Virus record (IMG/VR): IMGVR_UViG_3300037789_000029
Coordinates: 1 to 48,559 of that record
Direction: 5' to 3' (one strand)
Length of the DNA stretch: 48,559 nucleotides
Source: a virus
Taxonomy: Duplodnaviria > Caudoviricetes
Shown here: positions 17,456 to 27,400 of the stretch, piece after piece
Position numbering within the stretch: the first letter of the stretch is position 1
Layout: every line of letters starts with the position of its first letter
Notes under the pieces: model-generated
What the model saw: the letters and a program-made list of their open reading frames with translations, nothing else
What the model was told of the DNA's origin: nothing
Databases searched by the model: none
Position numbers and translations under genes: made by a program

Positions 17456-20346
17456 TGGCAATCGGTCAAGTACGGCTCCGTGAGGGCATCAGCAACCGCG
17501 CAAAGCAAACGCCGGATATTAACTCCGGTGCTTTTGGCGCGGGGATTGCGCAGGCACTTGGTGCGGTGGGGAGTGCCTTCGAAGATGTGGCTGCGGTCAA
17601 TAGCCAGATCAATAAAGACTACAAAGCGCGGCAGGATAAAACCGAGCGGTTCAAAGCGGAAGAACTGTACCAACGTTGGGTTGGGGAAGAGAACCGGGCT
17701 CAGGCGCAGCTGCTTCGCGATGGACCTGCTGATGGGATTGGGGTTACGAATAACTCGAAAGAGCGTCTGGAGAAGTCCAGGTCTGACTTCCTTGGCAGTC
17801 TGCCCGAAAGTGCTCGGGAAGAATATTCCGGCCGGACTGCGGGGTATGTCGAAGGCCAAGTAACCTCAGCGTTCGACTTCGAGTACAAAGCTGGGAATGA
17901 GTATTTCCGCACCACGACTACTCGGCGCATTACTGAGAATGCGGCACAAATTCTCAATGGGGAGATTTCATCCGCCGAGGCTAATGAAAACATCGGGCGC
18001 TTAATCGCCAATAGCGACTTGCCGCAACTGGAGAAGAACCAACTCAAATACGAAGCTGAGCAGTACATCGCTCGGGCAACCTTTCAGAAGGAGATGGAAC
18101 TTGCGCGGAACCTCAAAGGGACCGTCCGAGAAGCAGATGGATCGGATGTTGTTGCGGCTGGACTACTCCCGTATGAGCGAGGTATGCTCAACGCTATCTC
18201 GCGTAGAGAAAGTACAGGTTACGATGTGCGTTATGATGGCAGTGCTACTGGTGCTAAGTTTACCGATTTTTCTAAGCATCCTGGCGTCATGGTCAAAAGG
18301 CCAGACGGACGGTATAGCTCAGCCGCCGGACGTTATATGTTCACCCTCACAACCTGGAACCAAGTTGCGGCGAAACTCGGACTTACGGACTTTTCCCCAG
18401 AAAGTCAAGACCGGGCAGCGATTTATCTGGCCCGGGAAGTCTATAACAAAAACATAGGACCGGGCGAGCGGACGTTTGACCAAGTGCTGCAAAGCGGAGA
18501 TCGTGAGGCCATTAAAGGAATGATGGGCCTCATGACGGATGCTGAGGGCGGCTGGGAAGCCTTTCGGCATATGAACCCGGATGAGTTCGCCAACATCGTT
18601 ATGGGTGCTAAGGGCATTCGTGGTGGTGGAACCGGCGCAGCGGAATTGCCAAACCTTTGGGAAGATGAACGGTTTGCCATTCTCAGCTATGAAGATAAGA
18701 TGAAGCTGTCCTCCCTCGGTGTAGCACAGTCGCTGAAGATTGAGGAAGAGGAACTTAAACAACGGCAGGCCGCCCGCAAGGCTGAAGTTGAAGAACTAAT
18801 GTTTTCGGCAAGCCAGGGTAATTATCAGCTTAGCGATGAAGCCGCACTGATCGAAAAAGGTAAACTGCAAACGGAAGCTGATATTACGCGGTTCCGTCGT
18901 GTGGTTAATGCGGCTGCGGATCAAACTGCGGATGCCCAACGGGTTGCAGGTATCTTGGCGAATGGCGGGTTGCTCACTCAATCGGACAACAAGGGGCTCA
19001 ATCAGCTTATTGGTAAATCCGGACTGGAAAGTGTACGCAATCTCGATGAGGACTATGCCCGGAACTCCTTGATCCCGACAGTCGCTCGTGCAGGGTTTAT
19101 CCCATCGGATACTGCAAGTGAACTTAGCGACATGATCCTGGGCAGTAATCCAGGTGCGCGGAAGTACGCGGCTGATGTTCTTGGCGATATGTATCTGAAT
19201 GATCCGTATTCGATTGGACGAAGCTCGGGTATCTCTAAGGATGCAGAGAAGATGGTAGTCCTCGCGGCATCGCTTCGCCCGTGGTATACTGAAGAACAAG
19301 TCGCGGCCAAGATGGCGGAGTATCGTGATCCAGCCAAGCGGCAAACCTATAACAATATGCGCGAGGACGCGGAAGACCTCTTCGATGATAATATTGACGA
19401 CGAGGAAATAACCAACGCGTTTGATCCGAGTGTGTTTATCGGTGAACCCGCTATGCCGCTGGAGCCCGGCCAAGCTGCCATTCTGCGCCGGGATATGCGG
19501 ACGCTGTTCGTGGAAGGCTATATACTCTCTGGGACGCAAGATGGCGCGATGGAGTATGCTAAAAATATGGCGGCCTCACAATGGGGTATGACGGAAGTTG
19601 GAGGCGGCCGCAGATTGTCCAAACATCCGATCAATAAATACTACCCTCAAATCAACAACAGCCATGAGTGGATCGACCAGCAAGTACGGGAAGATTTGAA
19701 CATTCCTGATGGGGATCAGTTTCAATTGGTCGCTGACTCGCGGACGATTAAGGAAGGGGCGCTGTATGCGCAGGCTGAGAATAAAGATGGAATGCAGAAC
19801 GCAAGCTATCTCATTGCCCGGCAGGTAGAGACTCCTGATGGGTACACTGTAGTTGAAATGATGCAAGGCGAGGATGGTAATCCAATTCGTTTCTACGCAG
19901 AGGTTACTCCAGAGATTAAACGCAACGTTGATCGGGCTGCGGTATACGGAGCGGCAAAGAGTGAACTTCGTTCGTTGATCTCTAACTCGGTTTCCGGCGG
20001 GCTTGGCTTAACTGGCGCGCAATCCGATCGCGCCAATGCGTTGCTGTCAACCATGCAAGAACTTGGAAGCGGAACTGATGACCCAGAGCGTATCGTACCT
20101 CAAAAGACAAAGCAGAATTTGGAACAAGAAATTTCCGATTTGGAAGCGCGGAACGCGGAAATGCTCGAAGCGTTCAAGGCCGATGGGGTTAGTGAAGATT
20201 ACTACAATCTCACCAAAAGGCATCTGGACGGGAAAGTCGCTGCACTTAAAAAGAAATTGGCAGATCGGGAAAATCTATCAGAGACCGTAGACCCGAAAAT
20301 CTTTGAAGATGAACTGCGCGCCCTCCGTGAGTATAGGAACGAATAA
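17455..20346 (+). CDS. Internal virion (ejection) protein with embedded muramidase domain
   Basis: Lambda R-like motifs ES..YDVRYDG..FTDFSKHP..SSAAGRYMF..TW..DFSPESQDRAA at ~18170-18600. Confidence 0.75.
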   Translation: MAIGQVRLREGISNRAKQTPDINSGAFGAGIAQALGAVGSAFEDVAAVNSQINKDYKARQDKTERFKAEELYQRWVGEENRAQAQLLRDGPADGIGVTNNSKERLEKSRSDFLGSLPESAREEYSGRTAGYVEGQVTSAFDFEYKAGNEYFRTTTTRRITENAAQILNGEISSAEANENIGRLIANSDLPQLEKNQLKYEAEQYIARATFQKEMELARNLKGTVREADGSDVVAAGLLPYERGMLNAISRRESTGYDVRYDGSATGAKFTDFSKHPGVMVKRPDGRYSSAAGRYMFTLTTWNQVAAKLGLTDFSPESQDRAAIYLAREVYNKNIGPGERTFDQVLQSGDREAIKGMMGLMTDAEGGWEAFRHMNPDEFANIVMGAKGIRGGGTGAAELPNLWEDERFAILSYEDKMKLSSLGVAQSLKIEEEELKQRQAARKAEVEELMFSASQGNYQLSDEAALIEKGKLQTEADITRFRRVVNAAADQTADAQRVAGILANGGLLTQSDNKGLNQLIGKSGLESVRNLDEDYARNSLIPTVARAGFIPSDTASELSDMILGSNPGARKYAADVLGDMYLNDPYSIGRSSGISKDAEKMVVLAASLRPWYTEEQVAAKMAEYRDPAKRQTYNNMREDAEDLFDDNIDDEEITNAFDPSVFIGEPAMPLEPGQAAILRRDMRTLFVEGYILSGTQDGAMEYAKNMAASQWGMTEVGGGRRLSKHPINKYYPQINNSHEWIDQQVREDLNIPDGDQFQLVADSRTIKEGALYAQAENKDGMQNASYLIARQVETPDGYTVVEMMQGEDGNPIRFYAEVTPEIKRNVDRAAVYGAAKSELRSLISNSVSGGLGLTGAQSDRANALLSTMQELGSGTDDPERIVPQKTKQNLEQEISDLEARNAEMLEAFKADGVSEDYYNLTKRHLDGKVAALKKKLADRENLSETVDPKIFEDELRALREYRNE

Positions 20347-23300
20347 TGCCCATTACCTCAGACAACCAGCCTGGAATGTTTAACCCTTATGGAAGGGGCG
20401 GAAGGGCTCCTGAAAGCCCAGGAATTGGCGAGACCCTGGGCGCAGCCTTCCGTCAAGAAAATCCTGTAGTCTCTACCTGGGACTATTTGGATCAACCGTT
20501 GTTCGAGACGGATGATGATTTCGATGTGACAAAGGCCGGGGAGAACGATGAGGTTTATTATAACCACGGCGAACTCCTTGCGCGCGCTCGAAGCCAGGAT
20601 GAGTATAATCACATTCGTGGGAATATTCTGAAGGAACAAAAAGATCGGGATACTCTGGCTGCGGCAGGGCTTGGTGGATTAGGTGCGGCGATCCTTGCCG
20701 GTACACTGTCCCCGACCATGTTCCTTCCAGCCTTTGGTCCGGCACGGGGGGCTCGAGGAATTGCACAGGCGTTTGCTCTCGCGGGGACTGCGGCGACGTT
20801 GGATGAGATTGTTCTGTACAACACGCAAGACACCCGAACGGCAGGGGAAACCGCGTTTGCTATTTCAGCTGGAACTGTAATGGGCGGCCTGCTTGGATCG
20901 GCATTCCGGCACATGACTCCAACGGAGCGCGTTCGGGTCGAGGTAGGTATGGGTCGTTCACCGGACGAACAAGCCATACTACCACTCGCCGGTAATGGTT
21001 CCCGCACCGAGATTCGTGTGATGGATGCCGACAACCTGGATGTGCCGCCTGTACGGTATGCAGAGGCTGATGGTACGATCGGCGCAAAGCGGACTCGGCC
21101 GGATGCTACGGGACTGAAGAAAAGTAACTTTGTCGCGAGGGGGTTGGTTGATACTCTGGCCCGGCTTAACCCAGCTACGCGAACTGCCAATCAAGAGTTC
21201 TCCCCAGCTGTTCGTTCGGCCTCGCTTTCTATGCAGGATGCCGGGTTGCTGACCGAGGGCAATGTTAACTTTATTCCTCACGCACCGGAGGGGCACATTG
21301 AGGCACGTACGCAGGAGTATGAAGCATTCACCGCCGACCTGCTCCTTGCGTATGACGATGCTTATGCTCGGCATATCAGTGGCGATAAACTTCCTGAAGG
21401 CAAATTGCAAAAGGCAGGTATTGCGCGGATCAAAGCGGCTGTTACTAAACTGCCCAAGGGTAAGCTGTCCAATGAGGATTTCAGCCGGGAAGTTTTCCGT
21501 GTGGCGAATACAGGTGAACAGCATCCCGATCCGCATGTGATGAAAGCGGCTAAGGCTTGGGAAACCTACGCGGATAAAATTCGTGCGTATGCGGATGAGG
21601 CTTATGAACATCTTCTCCAGACTAACCCAGATGCTCGCCGCTTATTTGATCCCGAGGGTGATCTTGGCCCGGATGCACATAAGTGGATCAGCCACGTCTT
21701 TGACCCAGAAAAAATCCAAGGCAACTCAGATGAGTTCATCAAAGACCTGAGTGAGAACGCGCAGAAACTAATGCAATCTTCGTTCAATAAGGCCTGGGAA
21801 CGATTTAACAAAACGCAGAATAATCTCAAAACCCAACGCGCGTTGATGGGGACTAGTGCGCCCGAGGCTCGTCGGTTGTACAAAGCAAACGAGGATCGGC
21901 TGCGGGAAATTCGAGAGACGCCGATCTATGATGATTGGTACGAGCGGGGATTGGAACTTCAGCGCGCCCAACGTGCTGCGAAGAAGATTGATGATGAGGA
22001 AGTTCTTGAACAGATTAAACTAGAACAGAAGGAGCATAAGGAAAATGTTTCCGATGAGCTGGCCGATCTGATTTCCGAAACCAAAATTCTCAAGTCGTAT
22101 AATAAAATCCTCAACCAGAGTGTCGGCAAACGGGCCGACCAGATCGAGGAACTCGAGGCGAAGATCGAGGAACTGGATATCCAGGACCAAAATGCACTGG
22201 CTCGCGTTACGGAAGCTGGGCTTAAGCTGGGGGATAAACTTAACCGCATGGACGATAAAACCGATGCGGAGTTTAAGAAACTGTGGAAGCAGCTTGGCGC
22301 GGCTATGAAGTCAGTGTCTACGCAAGAGCGGCTGATGCAGAGTGTGTATAAGAAAGGACCATTGGAAGGCCAAGCCGCGTTTGATGCGTATGAGCGGTTT
22401 AGCTTGCTCAGCCGAAAGCGCGATGAAGCGGACGCCAAGGCTGAAGGGCTGATTAGGCAAATTGAGGATTTGGAGAACTTCGACCTTGAGCACGCTAAGT
22501 CAATTGTGAAAGCTGTGCAGGACTTGAACAACATCCGCGTACGAGACTTGAATGCCAAGCGGGCTATTCGAGCGGAGAAGCTGAAAGATAAAATCGAAGA
22601 CCTTGACCCTGAAAAAGTGCAGGCCGATTTGAAAGAACTCGATATGGAAATCAACATGCGGGAGGAGGACTTCGATACGCGCTGGCGGCGGAAAGGTGCG
22701 GTAGGGACTCCATCGCGCAACAACGTGGACTTCGCTGAGTACGGGCAAGAGCAAGCGCAGGAACTTCAAGAGAAAATCCTGGGGATGAGTAATCCTATTT
22801 CTGGTATGGAAATCCTGGGCGGGAAGCGCGGGCCGGAGTTGGCGCGGGTGTTGAACCTGCCTCTGGCAATTAAGACGAAGTACCTTGAGACGGATATTGA
22901 ACGACTTGGCCGGATATACACTCGCAAGATTGCGCCGGATATTGAGATGTATCGACGGTTTGGCTCGGTCAATGCGAGTAAGGTTTTCGATCAATTGGAA
23001 CTGGACTTCCGCAATTTCCGGGAGCGGCTTGGGGCCGCAGAGACTAGGCCGAAGTCGAAGAAAAACTACAATAGGTTTATTCGCAATCAGCCACTGGTTG
23101 ATGCAGATAAGGAGGAGTTCATCCCCTGGCCCGCAGAGGAAAAGAAGCAAGCACTGGCGGATACTTACGATTACCAAAAGGAGATGGACACCGATCTACG
23201 AGTTATGGTGACTCGTATCCGTCACCAGCGAGGATTGCCCGATGATCCCAATGGACTGGCCTATCGTTTTGGCCGAGCAGCTAAGGACGTAAACGTATTC

Positions 23301-24479
23301 CGTTTCATGGGCTCGGTGTTGCCTAGTTCGCTTGCAGACGTATCCCGCCCGGTCATGCGCTTTGGGGCCAGTAAGACTTTGCGCCATGGGTATCTCCCTT
23401 TCATCACTAACATGCGTCGAGTTAAAATGACCCGTGATGTGGCGAAACGGATTGGCATTGGCCTGGACCCAATTATGCACAATCGTACACAGGCGGTGCT
23501 GGATTTGGCGGACGACTACGCTAGCCGAAAATCAACTCTCGAGCGGGGCATTGGTTTCTTGGCAAACAAGACTGGCCTAGTCGCTATGTTCGATCGGTGG
23601 ACAGCTGAGATGAAACATATTGCATCTGGGATTATGATGGCGGAAATGTCGCATGTGCTGCGTGCGTTAGGTGCCGGGAAAATTAAGCCTGAGGAGATTG
23701 AATTCCTTTCCGAAGTTGGCCTTGACGAACCGATGGCGCGGAGAATACTGGCCCAGCTTACATCTGAGAAAGGTGGCTCGGAGATCGACGGGGTTATCCT
23801 ACCGAACCTAGAAGATTGGACTGACGTTGCGGCTAAGCGAGCCTACGCTGCTTCGCTGAATAAAATCGTCAACGACTTGATCGTTACGCCAGGGATCGAC
23901 AAACCCAACTGGGTAGACGCTAACATGGCCGGGCAGGTTGTATCACAATTCCGCAGTTTCACCTTCGCCTCTAACAACCGTACTTTGCTACGCGGCGCAC
24001 AACAGCCCGATATGGCTCTGGCTCAGGGAATGATGCTTTCTCTTGCCATGGGGATGCTTTCATACTATACTTGGGCTGTGTCCCGAGGTGGCGAGAGCCT
24101 GAATGAAGCGCATGATGCTGATTTTGGAAAATGGGTGGACGAGGCAATCTCTCGTTCAGGCATCCTGGGTGTGCTTCAAATGCCTTGGGAGACTGCGCAG
24201 AAAATTCCCGGCTTGGGAGATGCGGTTACTTTCTCCGGGGAAAGCACGACCAATCGCAGGCCGGTTTCGCTCATGGGCAGCGTGTTCGGGCCGACAGTTG
24301 ATCTGGCGGAAAAAACCGCTAAGATCGCTCAAGGCATTGGGGAACCAACGCAATCTACTGTGCATGACATTCGCCTTATCTCAGCTTATCAAAACGTGTT
24401 TTACTTGCGGCAACTGTTCGACATGCTCGAAGATACCGTGAGTTCAACCTTCAACATACCGGAGCGCCGAGGTCAATGA
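20346..24479 (+). CDS. Large internal virion (ejection) protein, T7 gp16-like
   Basis: 1377 aa, helical/coiled-coil; QFRSFTFAS and GPTVD motifs; synteny. Confidence 0.7.
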   Translation: MPITSDNQPGMFNPYGRGGRAPESPGIGETLGAAFRQENPVVSTWDYLDQPLFETDDDFDVTKAGENDEVYYNHGELLARARSQDEYNHIRGNILKEQKDRDTLAAAGLGGLGAAILAGTLSPTMFLPAFGPARGARGIAQAFALAGTAATLDEIVLYNTQDTRTAGETAFAISAGTVMGGLLGSAFRHMTPTERVRVEVGMGRSPDEQAILPLAGNGSRTEIRVMDADNLDVPPVRYAEADGTIGAKRTRPDATGLKKSNFVARGLVDTLARLNPATRTANQEFSPAVRSASLSMQDAGLLTEGNVNFIPHAPEGHIEARTQEYEAFTADLLLAYDDAYARHISGDKLPEGKLQKAGIARIKAAVTKLPKGKLSNEDFSREVFRVANTGEQHPDPHVMKAAKAWETYADKIRAYADEAYEHLLQTNPDARRLFDPEGDLGPDAHKWISHVFDPEKIQGNSDEFIKDLSENAQKLMQSSFNKAWERFNKTQNNLKTQRALMGTSAPEARRLYKANEDRLREIRETPIYDDWYERGLELQRAQRAAKKIDDEEVLEQIKLEQKEHKENVSDELADLISETKILKSYNKILNQSVGKRADQIEELEAKIEELDIQDQNALARVTEAGLKLGDKLNRMDDKTDAEFKKLWKQLGAAMKSVSTQERLMQSVYKKGPLEGQAAFDAYERFSLLSRKRDEADAKAEGLIRQIEDLENFDLEHAKSIVKAVQDLNNIRVRDLNAKRAIRAEKLKDKIEDLDPEKVQADLKELDMEINMREEDFDTRWRRKGAVGTPSRNNVDFAEYGQEQAQELQEKILGMSNPISGMEILGGKRGPELARVLNLPLAIKTKYLETDIERLGRIYTRKIAPDIEMYRRFGSVNASKVFDQLELDFRNFRERLGAAETRPKSKKNYNRFIRNQPLVDADKEEFIPWPAEEKKQALADTYDYQKEMDTDLRVMVTRIRHQRGLPDDPNGLAYRFGRAAKDVNVFRFMGSVLPSSLADVSRPVMRFGASKTLRHGYLPFITNMRRVKMTRDVAKRIGIGLDPIMHNRTQAVLDLADDYASRKSTLERGIGFLANKTGLVAMFDRWTAEMKHIASGIMMAEMSHVLRALGAGKIKPEEIEFLSEVGLDEPMARRILAQLTSEKGGSEIDGVILPNLEDWTDVAAKRAYAASLNKIVNDLIVTPGIDKPNWVDANMAGQVVSQFRSFTFASNNRTLLRGAQQPDMALAQGMMLSLAMGMLSYYTWAVSRGGESLNEAHDADFGKWVDEAISRSGILGVLQMPWETAQKIPGLGDAVTFSGESTTNRRPVSLMGSVFGPTVDLAEKTAKIAQGIGEPTQSTVHDIRLISAYQNVFYLRQLFDMLEDTVSSTFNIPERRGQ
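20946..20980 (+). promoter_or_regulatory. 35-bp palindromic motif, copy 3 (intragenic)
   Basis: GGTATGG-gtc-GTTCAC-cgg-ACGAAC-aag-CCATACT. Confidence 0.7.
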
Positions 24480-27400
24480 CCAAGACAACCACCACGCGGA
24501 CTGTTAACTACCTCGGTGACGGGGTTACTACGGAATTTCCTTACGGGTTTGAGATTCCTAATTCTAATTCCATTCTTGTGGAGTTGGAAAATCTAGCCAC
24601 GCAAGAATTCACTGCGCTTAGTGCGAGTGCGTTTTCAGTGTCTGGGTATGGAGTAGCCGCCGGAGGTGTTGTTACGTACACCGATGGAGTAACCCCGCTT
24701 TCGAGTGATTATCGCATTCACATCACTCGGGTAACAGAACGTACCCAAACAACCTCCCTGCGCAATCAGCAACGTTGGTATCCTGAAGTAGCGGAAGCTG
24801 CCTGGGACAAACTTACCATGGCGGTGCAGGACCTGACGGAAGAAAGCGAACGCTCGCTGAAGGTCCAGAAGCGACAAGAGGCTGGACCGGTACTGGCGGG
24901 CACAGCAGGTAAGACCCTCATGTGGGGGACCGATGGTAAGCAGGTTGTCAATGGGCCTGACGCGGCGGACATTACGCAAGCGCAAGGATATGCGGAAGCG
25001 GCGGCGGCCAGTGCGGCTACGGCGGCAGGACTTCTTGCCGGGGCTCGGCATGTGTTTAACAACGTTGCACAGATGGTTTTGGCCGATGATCTCGAGGCCG
25101 GGGAAACGGTTGGTACAGTCGGTTTCTCTAATATCTTCGACGGAGGTGGGTCAGAGTATTATCTCGTCGCGGCAGGGACGTATACTGCTGATGGGATTTA
25201 CTATATCAATCTGACCGGATCGAATCTCCAAGCCGTGCTGGTTCATAATGGTATTGTCAACGCAGCCCAGGGTGGGGTTATTCACGGGGCGGAAGTCTCG
25301 GCAGCGCTGCAAGCTGTCTGGGATGGGCTGGTCGTTTGGAAAGACGCGCAGGCTGTTGACACGGATATTATGCTTATCTGTTCCGCGCAAGCGACTTTGC
25401 AGAACAAAGTAGTGTTTAACCGGGATAGCGATGGGACTCGTGTTGATGGCGGGCACCTGGATTTCACGGGAAGTTACATCACAGCGGTAACGGGCGGCGA
25501 TCTTTCTGATACTAACCCGATGTTCACTATTCGGTTGGGCGGGACTACCCGGTTCGGTATTCTGGACGGTGCGAAGTTTGCGGCTTGCTATGACTTCTAT
25601 GGGATGAATGGAGGTCGGACGTACAATCCTGAATGTCTCCACTTCAAAGGCAAGGGTATGCGGGTGCGTGGGGCCAGTGGCTCTTGGGAACTGCATGGAC
25701 CGAAAGGGCGGGAGTATATTCAATCTGATGCGGAGTTCTCCGATCAAGCGAATTTCACCGCGATCGGGCTGTCTTGTGAGGATGGTGACTTCCATGTCTA
25801 TGGGGAGAATTTCCTATACTGTATGGACCCGGTGCAGATTGCCGAAAATTGCGTAGGCATCCACCTGCATTCCGGCCACCCGACTATGGGCAATCCGAAC
25901 TTTTCTGCAGGGTCGGAACCTGTCTTTATGGTTATGCTTGCGGGGAGCAACGGCGGGACAGACGCAAGCGCGACGACTGGATCGAAGACAGTTGAGTCCG
26001 GAGTTTACTCCTGGAACGGTGGGTATGATACTCACGGTGATACCTGGGCGGAAGCTGAGTTTGGCACATATCCGCTGAACGAGGGTTCTGATCCTTGGGT
26101 TAATAGCCCAGTACTCCATGCGGCTAATGCGATCAAAACAACCACTGGTCGAGATGTTTATTTCATGGTTGTGATGGAGGCCGGTGCGGAACTGGAGAAC
26201 TTCATCAAGCCTGGAATTAACACAGCAAATGGCTGGACGGCATCGACAGACTTCACGGAGTATATGTTCCCGGATATTCGCACAGCGGCGCAAGCAATCC
26301 CTGGGCGGAACACGCTTTGCCCGGACGTTATCCTGGTCCAGCAAGGGGAAGCAAATAGCGCGGATACGGCTGCGGTGTATGCCGCGAAGTTGCTGGCTGT
26401 GGTGGAAGGGTTTAAGAAAGAGGATTTGTTCCATCCTGAGCTTACGCAAGTTACTGTCGGCGGACTTGCACCTGGACACGCGTTCTTGGCGACGCACCAG
26501 ACTGCTGTTACTACGGCGGCGGCGAGTGTGGATACTATTTCTTATGTAGCTACCACTAGCCTAACGGACGTGGGCGATGGAGTTAATTTCACCGGGGCGT
26601 CGTTGGTTACACTGGGTGAGCGCCATGAAGCGGCAGTTACGCTTAGCAACTCTGCAGCTGGACAGCCGCCATTCTACAACCCGACACTGGTTCGCAGCTA
26701 TGCCACCCGCAGGAACTTCTTGCATGGGTATTATCTGGATAATGGTCTTGTCCACGACCACACTGGTTTCCTTTGTGGCGTTGACTCGACCTATGTGAAT
26801 AATAATCGTGCAGTCCTGACCGGGCCGTACTGGCGTATCTACGCGACTGAGGTTGATCAAACAGAACCCCCCGGCGGTTTCGTTACGGGCATGAGTGGAC
26901 TTGGCTCGGTTGGCTACGTCGATGATTTGGAGAATGGTTATAACTGGGCGGCCGATCCTTTCCCGACGCATGACCTTTTCCCGGCAATGCTGGAGGGATC
27001 GACTCTGGTTAACTCCAATCCGAGGGAAGTTAATCTTCGCGGCCCGGCGATCGAGCCAGTGGTTATTGAAAACGCACTCTCCGGTACGCTGATCTATCGC
27101 TATCAGGTTGGAGCGGTTTCGATTGACCTGGAATTTGATCCGGAGACTGGAGAGGTAGTTTCCAACGCAGGGGACTTCCGGCTCTATAAGCAAGGCTCGA
27201 CTAACCGGCTGTTGGTTGGCTCGGGAACTGTCGGTGTGGGCGAGATCACCGGCGAGGGTGGTAAGCTGGTTATCTATTCCGGCGGCTCAGCGCAATGGGA
27301 AAGCCAGAACGATGGGACGTGGCGACCGATCACCAGCATGACACATGACCTTGGCGGGACTTCTCGCTGGTTGCGCGCGGTGTATGACGGGACTGGGGAG

